Below, piece by piece: positions 20,255 to 30,095 of a stretch of DNA of 64,000 bases (positions within the stretch are counted from its first letter, which is position 1; each line of letters starts with the position of its first letter). The notes below the pieces were generated by a model. That model had not been told where the DNA came from. It saw only the letters and a program-made list of their open reading frames with translations, and ran no database searches. The translations under genes were made by a program, and so were the position numbers. The DNA lies in the NCBI GenBank assembly GCA_965208125.1, contig OZ242320.1, forward strand, positions 1,792,001-1,856,000, read 5' to 3'. The DNA is from Candidatus Latescibacterota bacterium (GTDB taxonomy: Bacteria > Latescibacterota > UBA2968).

Positions 20255-22618
20255 TCAATCAAGCCCCACGCTATCTACATCCCTTGGCGTCATCCCGGAT
20301 TTCCACTTTTCTATAATCGCGTGTATATCTTCGGGATTTTCTATTGGCGGGCCGAGGCGGAGCAGGTTTTCAAGCGCAGAAATAGCGCGAGTTGCGTCAC
20401 CCGACTCGTAAAAATAAAGGGCTATATCGCGATAGTGTGCGCCAACGAGTTGCCATGTCTCCGGGAAATCGAGCGCGTAGGGAGGCACGCGTTTTTCGAC
20501 TTCCATGAGAACCTCATAAGCCTCGTTGTACATACCCAGCCGAATGTACGCACGGACAAGCCCATCAAAGAGAATCAAATAATTGCTGAGCAAACGGCGC
20601 GCAACCGGGTCTTTGTGAACCGTGCTATCCGCAACACCGGTGTACCGATAGACCTCGAGCAAATTGCGTTTGATCTTTTCCTCCTCAAACTGCTCGTATC
20701 CACGGGACTTGACCAGTTTATACGCCATCCCCTCCATAGACAAATAGGGCTTCAAACCCGCCATATTGACATCGGGCACGGTCACGGCAAAATAAATAGG
20801 CCGATTTTCCCAGTTGTGTTTCACAATGCGCCATATCATTAAAGAGTGAGGCTCCAGAACCGGCACCGTCTCTCTGCCTCTGCCCGTAGGATACGGGACT
20901 ATGGGAAGATCCCCTCCCTCGAGTTTAAGACCTGCTACTTCTACGCCTCTGTCGTAATCCCAGGGAAGAGCCGCGAGCCAATCTTCAACCTCATCATCCT
21001 CGAGACCAAATTCAATACCGTACCGCTTCAGTTGTTTAATGTACCACGACGTCTTGATCAGACTGAGATTGACAATCTGAATATCGTTTCGCACATCCTC
21101 AACGCCCTGCAAGAACCACAGGGGATACGTATCGTTATCCCCATTCGTAAACAAAATGGCGTTTTCGTCACAGGTTGCCATAATATTATAGGCATAATCA
21201 TAAGGCACAAAATCGCCTGTGCGATCGTGTACGTGATAATTTTTCACCAGAATACCCGATGGCACCAGAAGCATGAGAGCCGCCACGAGAACCGCCAGCG
21301 ATCTGTTTTTCACCTCAGCGATAAGACCTGCGGCGCCAATACCCATCCAGATACCAAAAAATGTGTACGCTCCCACAAAGATATATTCGCGCTCGCGGGG
21401 TTCTGGATCGGGCATATTGAGATAGAGCACAAGACCCATGCCCATCAGGGCAAACATCGCAAAAAGGGAAGCAAAGCGTTTCCAATCCTTGCGCAGGTGA
21501 TACACAGCACCGCCGATACCGAGCGCGAGCGTAATCAGAGAAAAGTGAATGACCTCATATCGGCCCATATAAACATCTACGGCACGGCGAAAATGTGCGG
21601 AAATACCATCGAAAAACGGAAACTGCTGAAGAAAATATTTGATAAAAATATTAAACTGAAAAGCCCAGGGTTCGGCGCGGCGTGGAAAAACAAGGTGAAT
21701 CCCGTATTGCTGACGTCCCAGAAATGCCTTGAAATTCTCCCAGGTCTCGGGATCGTTCATATCAATCATGGGATTGAGACCCGACCGAATAAAAAGGGCA
21801 AAGTACGTGGAAAAACCCAGCGCACCGATGATAATTCCCAAAAGCCAGAATTGGGGATTGCGCCACGCAGGTCTCAAAATGAGCAACCCGATAACAACAG
21901 CACCCGTCAGGAGTGCAGCGACTCCGATGGGAAAAACAATAGATAAAAAGGGATAGAGGGTAAGACCCACGACCACAAGCACCTGATGCTTGAGTGGTCG
22001 ATCTTCCATCAAATCGGTAAAAAGCAGAATGAGAATACCGGGAATGGTGAGCAAACACTGGAGATGTACACCTGCGCCGAGTCCAAAAAGATAGGCAATA
22101 AAGAGCAAAAGGCGATCGCTATTGTGGTCTTTATCTGCGTCATCCCAGCGCAGAGCCACCCACACCGCCAGCATGGTAATACACATCGACAGACCATAAA
22201 CTTCGGCTTCGATGGCATTATTCCAAAAAGAAAAAGAAAATGCCGTGCTGAGGGAAGCAACCACACCACCGACCAAAATGGCGATTTGTTGGACGGTATC
22301 CTCGCGGTCGAGCCATGTGCAGAGCAAACGGACAGTACACAAATAGATGAAAACGACTGTGGCAATACCAGCAGCGGCCGACAGGAGATTCACGCGAAAA
22401 GCGATTTCCCCAAATGGCAACAGAGAAAAGATACGCCCCAGCAAAGTATAGAACGGCGCGCCGGGGGGATGGGGAATGCCCAGAGTATAAGCGGTAGTGA
22501 TAAACTCGCCACAGTCCCAAAATGCAACAGTAGGCGCCAGTGTTGAAAGATAAATAATAGTCGTGACAAAAAATACCAGACCAGCGACGATCCTATTGCG
22601 CTGTCCAAATTCGCTCAT
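20255..22618 (-). CDS. DUF2723 / GT-C membrane glycosyltransferase-like protein
   Basis: WDCGEF…HPPGAP, EAEVY, multiple TMs, FTNGDNDTYPLW. Confidence 0.85.
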   Translation of the reverse strand: MSEFGQRNRIVAGLVFFVTTIIYLSTLAPTVAFWDCGEFITTAYTLGIPHPPGAPFYTLLGRIFSLLPFGEIAFRVNLLSAAAGIATVVFIYLCTVRLLCTWLDREDTVQQIAILVGGVVASLSTAFSFSFWNNAIEAEVYGLSMCITMLAVWVALRWDDADKDHNSDRLLLFIAYLFGLGAGVHLQCLLTIPGILILLFTDLMEDRPLKHQVLVVVGLTLYPFLSIVFPIGVAALLTGAVVIGLLILRPAWRNPQFWLLGIIIGALGFSTYFALFIRSGLNPMIDMNDPETWENFKAFLGRQQYGIHLVFPRRAEPWAFQFNIFIKYFLQQFPFFDGISAHFRRAVDVYMGRYEVIHFSLITLALGIGGAVYHLRKDWKRFASLFAMFALMGMGLVLYLNMPDPEPREREYIFVGAYTFFGIWMGIGAAGLIAEVKNRSLAVLVAALMLLVPSGILVKNYHVHDRTGDFVPYDYAYNIMATCDENAILFTNGDNDTYPLWFLQGVEDVRNDIQIVNLSLIKTSWYIKQLKRYGIEFGLEDDEVEDWLAALPWDYDRGVEVAGLKLEGGDLPIVPYPTGRGRETVPVLEPHSLMIWRIVKHNWENRPIYFAVTVPDVNMAGLKPYLSMEGMAYKLVKSRGYEQFEEEKIKRNLLEVYRYTGVADSTVHKDPVARRLLSNYLILFDGLVRAYIRLGMYNEAYEVLMEVEKRVPPYALDFPETWQLVGAHYRDIALYFYESGDATRAISALENLLRLGPPIENPEDIHAIIEKWKSGMTPRDVDSVGLD

Positions 22619-22645
22619 AGTATCTCTACTCGAAAGTATAGGTTA

Positions 22646-23296
22646 TTACTCCGGAAGGTCTTCGGGACGCTCAATTTCAATATCGACAAATGTACCATCA
22701 ACTCTGGCCGTAACATAAAAAACTTCATTGCCTCGCAAGACCCATACAGAGCTACCTGTACCGTGCATAAGAACGGGTTCGGAGGGACCATAGGTATTGG
22801 GAGGCAGGTCTTCGGGTCCATAAATCTGCACATTTCCATACGTGGGATCCCATTTGAGATAAAAGAGACTATAACCCTTCAAAACCCACGCCCTGGCACC
22901 ACCACCCGCCATCATAACCGGTTCGGATCCTTCTGAATCCGGAAGTTCTTCGGGACGCTCGGCTTCCAGCCTCACAAACGTACCTTCGCGTTTTGCAGCG
23001 ACAAAATAGACATCATCACCTCGCAGTATCCACGCAAAATCGCCTGTGCTTTGCATCAGCAGAACTTCTTTGATATCCTCACCACCGATTTCCAGGGGAC
23101 CGTAAATCTGCGCTTGTTCAAATTCCCTATCCCACTTGAGATAGTAAATTTTATTTCCCTTCAAAATCCAGGATGTCATCCCGCTACCGTCCATCATCGC
23201 AGGTTCTGGCATAGCTTCATCCTGAGCAAAAACAGACGCGGGTTTAAAAAGTAAAAACAGAGCAAGGAGCACGTAGATAAAACGCCGATTAGACAT
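22646..23296 (-). CDS. Secreted protein with four internal repeats (possible 4-bladed propeller)
   Basis: GGAGG RBS; signal peptide; four EPxxMxGxGxxxWxL(K/R)GxxxYY-type units. Confidence 0.6.
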   Translation of the reverse strand: MSNRRFIYVLLALFLLFKPASVFAQDEAMPEPAMMDGSGMTSWILKGNKIYYLKWDREFEQAQIYGPLEIGGEDIKEVLLMQSTGDFAWILRGDDVYFVAAKREGTFVRLEAERPEELPDSEGSEPVMMAGGGARAWVLKGYSLFYLKWDPTYGNVQIYGPEDLPPNTYGPSEPVLMHGTGSSVWVLRGNEVFYVTARVDGTFVDIEIERPEDLPE

Positions 23297-23368
23297 GTGT
23301 GATCCTCCAGGTTGAGTTAAAAAAATTTTTAGACGAACAAATGTATGGGTTATGGAAGAATGAGTCAA

Positions 23369-23432
23369 GTAGGGGACGGCCCCTGTGCCGTCCCGAAGAC
23401 AGCAGCGGGCGACCACAGGGGGTCGCCCCTAC
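23369..23432. repeat. Inverted pair of GTAG-type REP-like palindromes
   Basis: GTAGGGGACGGCCCCTGTGCCGTCCC…GGGCGACCACAGGGGGTCGCCCCTAC. Confidence 0.75.
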
Positions 23433-23470
23433 TATACACCCCAGCAAACCAAAAGTTCTACCAAAAAAAT

Positions 23471-23507
23471 AATAGGCCACATCGGGCGAACCCGTTTGTG
23501 GCCTATT
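23471..23507 (-). terminator. Probable terminator of the sigma factor gene
   Basis: AATAGGCCAC…GTGGCCTATT hairpin; T-run on minus strand. Confidence 0.65.
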
Positions 23508-23523
23508 GGAATAGCGGTCCGTA

Positions 23524-24381
23524 TTAATGCAAATAAGATTTCAGCGGACGGCTGCGCGAGGTATGGCGCAATCGCCGAAGTGCTTTCTCTTTAATCTGAC
23601 GCACGCGCTCTCGAGTCAATCCAAAACGTTCGCCAATCTCCTCGAGGGTAAGAGGCTGTTCGCGATTGATGCCAAAATAAAGTGTAATGACTTCGGCTTC
23701 ACGGGGGGTAAGGGTAGCGAGGGCTTTTTCTATTTCTCGTCTGAGTGCGTCATCGAGAAGAGGATCGTCGGGTGGGGGTTGCATACCGTCTTCAAGCACA
23801 TCGAGCAAATTGTTGTCTTCGCCATCTTTAAATGGCGCATCCAATGAAAGATGCCGGCTCGAAATTTTGAGCGTATCGCGCACTTCGAAATCATTCATGC
23901 CGAGTTCATCGGCAATTTCACCCGGGCTGGGTTCGCGTCCATACTCCTGTTCGAGACCACTCGATGCCTTGCCGATTTTGTGGAGCGCACCAACCCGATT
24001 CAGCGGCAAGCGAACAATGCGAGACTGCTCGGCAAGAGCCTGTAAAATCGCCTGTCGGATCCACCACACGGCATAAGAAATAAATTTGAAACCCTTAGTT
24101 TCATCAAAACGCTGGGCGGCTTTGATGAGTCCGAGATTCCCTTCGTTGATCAGGTCGCCCATCGAAAGGCCCTGATTCTGGTATTGTTTAGCGACGCTTA
24201 CCACAAATCTCAGATTGGCTGTGGTCAATTCTTCAAGAGCGCCTTGATCGCCCTTTTTTATTCGTTTGGCCAGCACGACTTCCTGATCTGCTGTAAGCAA
24301 CGCAACTTCGCCTATTTCCTGCAAATACTGATCCAGTGATTCGTCTTCACGAGCATAAGGTCTTTTAGATAGTCTTGGCAC
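23524..24381 (-). CDS. RNA polymerase sigma-70 factor, short RpoD/SigA type
   Basis: [43 protein letters not shown]; GTG start with GGAGAGG. Confidence 0.93.
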   Translation of the reverse strand: MPRLSKRPYAREDESLDQYLQEIGEVALLTADQEVVLAKRIKKGDQGALEELTTANLRFVVSVAKQYQNQGLSMGDLINEGNLGLIKAAQRFDETKGFKFISYAVWWIRQAILQALAEQSRIVRLPLNRVGALHKIGKASSGLEQEYGREPSPGEIADELGMNDFEVRDTLKISSRHLSLDAPFKDGEDNNLLDVLEDGMQPPPDDPLLDDALRREIEKALATLTPREAEVITLYFGINREQPLTLEEIGERFGLTRERVRQIKEKALRRLRHTSRSRPLKSYLH

Positions 24382-24589
24382 TTCGTCAACCTCTCCTTCT
24401 TTGCACAGGGGATTTGCGCAGGCAGATGAACTGTCTATCTTCCTGCAAGGATAAAGGACAAAGGTCTTTGAACAACAAAGGGAGAACTTTACATGAACAC
24501 CTCCTATCTTTACCCGATTACCAGTGCCAAATCCCTTCCCTTCTATTGGCACGGCAACGAGGCTCTAACTTCTGAGTGGGGTCAGAAGT

Positions 24590-24913
24590 CTAAGCTTTAG
24601 TCGTGCTGTCGGCTTCTTGTAATACTTTGAATTGCGCTTCCTGGTTTTGCAATTGCTCTTCGAGTTTGCCAATCGTCTCAATCTGATCTTGAACCGCTTC
24701 TGTCTGTGCCTGAATGGCGGCTTCATGATCTTTGAGTTCATCGTATATTTGTCCGCCAAGTTCAGTAAATGCATCGTGAATGGCGTGGCGGGTGCGCGCA
24801 ATATCGAGACGTGCGCGACCGAGTTTGCCCAAATACTCGGCTTTTTCCGCTGCTGTAGCCGCGCCATCGCGAAGACTCTGCTTGATTCTTTCCCAAAGAG
24901 TTTCGGTGTTCAT
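24590..24913 (-). CDS. Hypothetical coiled-coil protein
   Basis: GGAG RBS, ATG 24913, heptad pattern; downstream of BMC gene. Confidence 0.65.
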   Translation of the reverse strand: MNTETLWERIKQSLRDGAATAAEKAEYLGKLGRARLDIARTRHAIHDAFTELGGQIYDELKDHEAAIQAQTEAVQDQIETIGKLEEQLQNQEAQFKVLQEADSTTKA

Positions 24914-24929
24914 TGTGTTTGCTCCAGCA

Positions 24930-25385
24930 TTAAGCGTCAGCTTGATTTCTGTTTGCCTTGCGAAGTTCGGATAGCAATTGCGCTCGATTTGCGCGGGAAA
25001 TTTCCCGCCCTTGAATCGCAATGCCCGGCGTTTCACGAGCAATCTGGCGCAGACGATGTACGGGCAGACTTTCGAGATCCCTTTCGTTCGTTTCGTCTAT
25101 TTCATCCGTGTTTTCCATCAACCCAAAAACATCGACGAGGTCCTCGTGTGGATTGGGAATCACATGATGTGCCACCAGAGTGCCCACCTGTTGCGCCGCA
25201 TGCACACCTGCCTCGACCGCGGCCTGTACTGCGCCAACATCGCCTAAAAAACGAATCGAAATAATACCACCTTCTATTTGTTCAACAGCAGACAACTCAA
25301 CGGCCGCTGCTTTGGTTGCTGCATCGGCCGCTTCTGTAACGCCGACAAAACCCAGCGTTTCAATGAGTCCGAGGGCAGGTTTCAT
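24930..25385 (-). CDS. BMC shell (hexamer) domain protein with C-terminal extension
   Basis: ALGLIETLG…AADAATKAA…GDVGAVQAAV…HVIPNPH; tail LPVHRLRQIAR…ISRANRAQLL. Confidence 0.9.
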   Translation of the reverse strand: MKPALGLIETLGFVGVTEAADAATKAAAVELSAVEQIEGGIISIRFLGDVGAVQAAVEAGVHAAQQVGTLVAHHVIPNPHEDLVDVFGLMENTDEIDETNERDLESLPVHRLRQIARETPGIAIQGREISRANRAQLLSELRKANRNQADA

Positions 25386-25685
25386 AAATGCTTATTTCCA
25401 AACAAAGAAAAGCGGCTACTCAAAACGCCATATGCGTATAGAACAGCCGCCGAACGAATCAACTCAACGGTGTGTATTTTTGGCAGAGAAAATGAAAATG
25501 GTGGTATGATCCAACGGAAGGTTCATTAGACTTGCCAATCTACTAATGTGTTGATTTATATGGATACCGCGAAAGTCAAAAGTAACAAATTTAAGGTCAG
25601 ATGTCACGCATTTTTTTGCACCTGAAAGTTGGCCTAATGTTCTTTATTGCAATATAGTTGCATAGCTTATAAATATATCCGCAAG

Positions 25686-27128
25686 TCACCTGCGAAAACG
25701 ACTCAGCCCCTCAGCAGTACCAAACCAGACATATCCGCCATCTCGAAGAACAACCTGTACCCGCGTGTGTGCGAGACCATCGTACATCGTGTAATGCGTC
25801 CACAGGTGGCGCGGCACATCCAGAAGAAAGGCTCCTGCGCCCGTGGCAACCCACACCTCATTGCTATCGGCCTCAATTGAAACGCGGTCTCTCCCGCCTA
25901 TCTCGGCGAGGGGATACTCGCGCCAGGTATTATCTCCCGGGCGGTATCGCACAACTGCTGATAGAGCTTCTGTAGCAAGCCACAGATCATTGTTGTGCAT
26001 AGCCAGCGCGCGTATCCTTCGTTTGGCAATATTATTTGCCACTGGTCGCCAGGTGCGATCCCCTCGGGCACATTGAAAAAGACCGCTCGCAGTACCTGCC
26101 CAAATATAATCGGGACCCTCAACCATAGCATTGATAACCGCGTATTCGCTACCCTGCACATAGTCGAGCGAATCGGCTTTGATATCCAGCATTGCCAAAC
26201 CGCGGTCCGAGCCGATCCAGAGGATATTGTCGTCGCGTGCCAGTGCCTGCACCCGTCCCCAGCGGCGGGTCTCGCGATACGTAAACCATTGTCCCGTGCG
26301 TCTATAATACCGCATCAAGCCATTATGGGTGCCAAACCACACATTTTCACCACCGGGTAATATCGTGACAATCTGGGGATCGTCGAGACCGATGATGCGG
26401 TTGGCTTCAAAATATTCCCACGTACTTGTACCAGGGCGATATCGAGTAATACCGCGCGCAGGTGCGCGATAGGTGTCCGCCCCCCCAATCCACAAAACAT
26501 CGCCATCGCGTGCAATAGCCGTAACATTTTCTTCCAGCGGACCATAAGTGAGGAATGAAAGCTGACCATCTATGAGTTCTGCCTGCCCCACGCCCAGCCC
26601 CCATGTGGCGATCCAGAGGTGGCGCCACGAATCAATCAACACATCTGTAATAGCATAATTGCGCCGAGGACCTATAACCTGATGGTCGTCGACATAATAA
26701 CCAAAGGGCGGAAAAACCGGTGGAATTTGGGAAACTGACCGGGGGGTGTGGAGATATGCAGGAGGCCTACCGCCCGGCATGACACTCTGTACGCCAGTGA
26801 GCCATCTGCCCACACCCGAAGGCGTTTCAAACCACAGGTCACCTGTATCTCTATCATAAGCAATTCGCTGCACCCTGTTATCCGGCAGACCATCGCGGGT
26901 TGTCACCGGAGCCAACCACTTCTTGGCAAACCGGTCATAGCGGCGAATGCCCCCGGTCGTCGCCACAAAAATGACCGTCGGGCTTTCCGCTATAGACGTG
27001 ACGTAATTCATGCTGGTAAAATTTTCCCAGCGGTCGCGATCATATCCGGGTGAAGGCGCAGAAATCAGGACGGTCAGAAGTGCGATAGAAAATAGCGCTG
27101 CACATCGGTGAATAACAAGCTTAAACAT
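25686..27128 (-). CDS. Exported beta-propeller protein (two-component-regulator-propeller-like repeats)
   Basis: Signal peptide from ATG 27128; repeated WxGTxxGL and DGLPDN motifs. Confidence 0.75.
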   Translation of the reverse strand: MFKLVIHRCAALFSIALLTVLISAPSPGYDRDRWENFTSMNYVTSIAESPTVIFVATTGGIRRYDRFAKKWLAPVTTRDGLPDNRVQRIAYDRDTGDLWFETPSGVGRWLTGVQSVMPGGRPPAYLHTPRSVSQIPPVFPPFGYYVDDHQVIGPRRNYAITDVLIDSWRHLWIATWGLGVGQAELIDGQLSFLTYGPLEENVTAIARDGDVLWIGGADTYRAPARGITRYRPGTSTWEYFEANRIIGLDDPQIVTILPGGENVWFGTHNGLMRYYRRTGQWFTYRETRRWGRVQALARDDNILWIGSDRGLAMLDIKADSLDYVQGSEYAVINAMVEGPDYIWAGTASGLFQCARGDRTWRPVANNIAKRRIRALAMHNNDLWLATEALSAVVRYRPGDNTWREYPLAEIGGRDRVSIEADSNEVWVATGAGAFLLDVPRHLWTHYTMYDGLAHTRVQVVLRDGGYVWFGTAEGLSRFRR

Positions 27129-28275
27129 TACCTGGGACCTCGAACATATCCCTCGCCGCCTCAAATTCGGGTATTGATGTCTTGCCATTGAGACTGAGTT
27201 CAGACAAAATGCGACCCGTGAGCGGCCCGAACTTAAAACCGTGCCCGGAAAAGCCCGCCCCGATAACCACATTGGGATTATCTGGATGGACATCCAGAAT
27301 AAAATCCTCAGTACCCGTATTGGTATAGAGACACGTCTCCCAATCGAGAAACCGCTCAACCGGCGGAACAAATTGCGCTTTAATAAATACGCGAAGATCC
27401 TCAATCGCGTCTTCCGGCATCTGCGTGGGCACATCGTCGGGATCGTCGTCAACGCCACTGACAATATGTTTGGCCAGCTTGATCCCCTCGCGTCCAAATT
27501 GTGGAAGACCGTAATAACTTATATCGCCCTTTCGCAGGAGATAGCCCCAAACCGGAAAAGCCCCGGGTTGAAATTCTTCCCGCGCCCCCTCAAGCTGGAA
27601 AAACCCAACCGTCTGGCGCGCCACTGCAACCCGAGAATTGAGAACCGGAAGCAAGCGAGACACCCAGGGACCAGCCGTCACAATCAGACGCTCTGTTTCA
27701 AAATCCCCCGCAGAAGTCTCCACGCGAATGGGCTCCCGGGTAATATCAACGCACTGCACAGTCGTATTTTCCCGGATCTCCCCATCCCAACTGCGAATCA
27801 GGTGAATAAGAGACTGAACAGCCTGCGCAGCAGCCACAAGCCCGGCCGTGCGGTCGTACAGAACGCCAGCGGCATCTTCAAAGCGAAAAACCGGAAAGCG
27901 TTTCCGCCCCTCTTCCGGAGTGAGAGGTTCCACATCCACACCAACCTCTGTCACAGCCTCGGCATAGCTCGTGTATTTTCCCCCGGGTGGACCAAAAAAA
28001 CAGCCGGGTGTGGGATAGATGAGTTGAACATCTGCATCGCGCTCGAGCTGGGGCCACGACTCGCCGTGAGCAATTTGCATGAGACGCACATAGTCTGCAT
28101 TCACATACGCACTGCGGGTAATGCGCGAATCCCCGTGTGAACTGCCCCGGCCATGACCGAGTTCAAATTGCTCAATCAGCCCAACATCGCGTATTCCCTG
28201 CCGCAAGAGATGATAGCATGTACACAGGCCATTAATCCCTGCGCCGATGACGAGTGTATGGTATGTAGAAGACAT
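27121..28275 (-). CDS. Monomeric sarcosine oxidase / N-methyltryptophan oxidase family
   Basis: IGAGING, GSSHGDSRITR, CLYTNT, GFSGHGFKF. Confidence 0.9.
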   Translation of the reverse strand: MSSTYHTLVIGAGINGLCTCYHLLRQGIRDVGLIEQFELGHGRGSSHGDSRITRSAYVNADYVRLMQIAHGESWPQLERDADVQLIYPTPGCFFGPPGGKYTSYAEAVTEVGVDVEPLTPEEGRKRFPVFRFEDAAGVLYDRTAGLVAAAQAVQSLIHLIRSWDGEIRENTTVQCVDITREPIRVETSAGDFETERLIVTAGPWVSRLLPVLNSRVAVARQTVGFFQLEGAREEFQPGAFPVWGYLLRKGDISYYGLPQFGREGIKLAKHIVSGVDDDPDDVPTQMPEDAIEDLRVFIKAQFVPPVERFLDWETCLYTNTGTEDFILDVHPDNPNVVIGAGFSGHGFKFGPLTGRILSELSLNGKTSIPEFEAARDMFEVPGNV

Positions 28276-28427
28276 CGTTTTCTCCGAAAGAACCAAACTG
28301 CAACCTCTCCAATATAGCCAAATCCAGTTCGATAGCCACCTGATTTTTTTATTTGTGCAACACAAAGTTTATATTTACATTTTGAATATAAAATAGAAAA
28401 CTGTAAACCAAAAGGCTGAGGCATCAC

Positions 28428-29504
28428 ATGTTTGGAAAGCACCTGCAACTCGCCCGAAAAAAGGCCGGTTATTCACTACGCGGCCTCTCCCACGCGCTGG
28501 ATGGCGAAGTAACCGCACAAGCCATTGGAAAATATGAACGCGGCGAAATGATGCCGCGCTCCAGCGTACTAATTCATCTCGCCAGCGTCCTCGGCGTTTC
28601 ACTGGAATATCTGCTCAGCGAACGCGTCGAAGTCCTCAAAATCCCCGAATTTCGCAAGCACTCGGGCATGAGTGTCGGTGATCGAGCACGCGTTGAGGCG
28701 GCAGTCATTGACGGCCTGCAACGCTACTTTGCCATTGAAGAGATACTCTCAGGCGATAGCGGGACCTCGAAGGCTCCCCGATTGGGCAACCGGTGGCTGG
28801 GACACGAGGATGACGGCGAAGTTCTGGCACAGAACCTGCGCCAAAAATGGCAACTGGGGATTGATCCCATCCTCAATATGACCGCTCTACTGGAAGACCG
28901 AGGCATCAAAGTACTCATGATGCCCCTGCCCGACCGCGTCTCGGGACTCACCTGTTTTGTGTACAGGTCGCAGCAAAAGACCAGGATACCGGTTATTGTT
29001 ATAAACGCGGAGGCCTCGCAGGAAAGGCGGCGGTTTACCCTCGCCCACGAACTTGCACACCAGCTAATCGATAAGACCTCGCCCGTTGATCGTGAAAAGG
29101 CGTCAGACATCTTCGCAGGAGCTTTCCTGATGCCTAAAGATCATCTGATGCGCGCAATAGGTGAACAGAGAAAGGCTCTCTGTTATCGGGAATTGATCCA
29201 GATCAAGCGCATATACCGGGTAAGCGCGGCAACGCTTTTGATCCGCCTCAGACAGGTCGGCATCATCAATCAATCGACTTTCGACTATGCGTTCCGGACG
29301 TATGCACGCGGCTGGCGGAAGAATGAACCGGAATCGCTAAAAGGAAATCACGAAGTGCCGCAGCGATTTGAGAGGCTTTGTTATTGGGCACTTGCCGAGA
29401 AACTCATCGATCCAGGAAAAGCTTGCGAGTTGTTGCAAAAGCCATTGGCAGACATCGAAAAAGGGCTGAGAGGACCTGCCAGTGGCAATTCGGACAGTAG
29501 TTAG
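28428..29504 (+). CDS. XRE HTH - ImmA/IrrE Zn-metallopeptidase fusion
   Basis: N-terminal HTH; RRRFTLAHELAH; A..FAGAFLMP. Confidence 0.9.
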   Translation: MFGKHLQLARKKAGYSLRGLSHALDGEVTAQAIGKYERGEMMPRSSVLIHLASVLGVSLEYLLSERVEVLKIPEFRKHSGMSVGDRARVEAAVIDGLQRYFAIEEILSGDSGTSKAPRLGNRWLGHEDDGEVLAQNLRQKWQLGIDPILNMTALLEDRGIKVLMMPLPDRVSGLTCFVYRSQQKTRIPVIVINAEASQERRRFTLAHELAHQLIDKTSPVDREKASDIFAGAFLMPKDHLMRAIGEQRKALCYRELIQIKRIYRVSAATLLIRLRQVGIINQSTFDYAFRTYARGWRKNEPESLKGNHEVPQRFERLCYWALAEKLIDPGKACELLQKPLADIEKGLRGPASGNSDSS

Positions 29505-29589
29505 CGATACGAGTTGCATGATTGATCTGAGGAAGGGCGGTCTTCTCGAAGCGATGTTGCAACCCGCATACGCATCAAGACACCCTTAA
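29482..29589 (+). pseudogene. Truncated PIN-domain gene
   Basis: GTG start, IRTVVSDTSCMIDLRKGGLLEAML then stop after 35 aa; overlaps end of the IrrE-like gene. Confidence 0.6.
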
Positions 29590-29601
29590 AGTCCAATATG
29601 A

Positions 29602-29904
29602 AAGACAATCCAGGATGTATGTCCTAAACGGGAAAAACGCCGCGCCGAGTCTCCATACTCGAGCTTATGGGAAGAGGTGAGTGAAAATATAGGTGAGAGG
29701 ATCCAGTCCCAGTCTTTTGAGACCTAGTTTCAGCCGCTTTTCATCTCAGAAGTAGGAAAGACATCGGTTGTCTTCGATGCTCCAGATCAATTGGTGGCCG
29801 ACTGGGTCGAAGAAAACTACATTGGACTATTGACATCAGCACTCAAAACTGCTGGCATATTTGATCGATCAATCTCCTTCGAAACATCCACGCCATCATC
29901 GTGA
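29602..29904 (+). pseudogene. DnaA N-terminal-like domain remnant with in-frame stop
   Basis: LWEEVSENIGERIQSQSFET*FQPL…APDQLVADWVEENYIGLL; TAG at 29725-27 where W is expected. Confidence 0.65.
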
Positions 29905-30095
29905 CGGTTCTCTCACCTGGGATCTCCTCCTGCATCCCACTATCCCCTTCATATGAATGACATTCTCCCTTCATACCCTTCTGATAGATGTGGTACACGT
30001 TGTGCAAACTCCCCCTCAGCATTCGACATTTGACACCAGAGACATTTAGAATTTTGTAGAATCAATATGCGTCGCGTTTTCCCCAGATCTATTTC

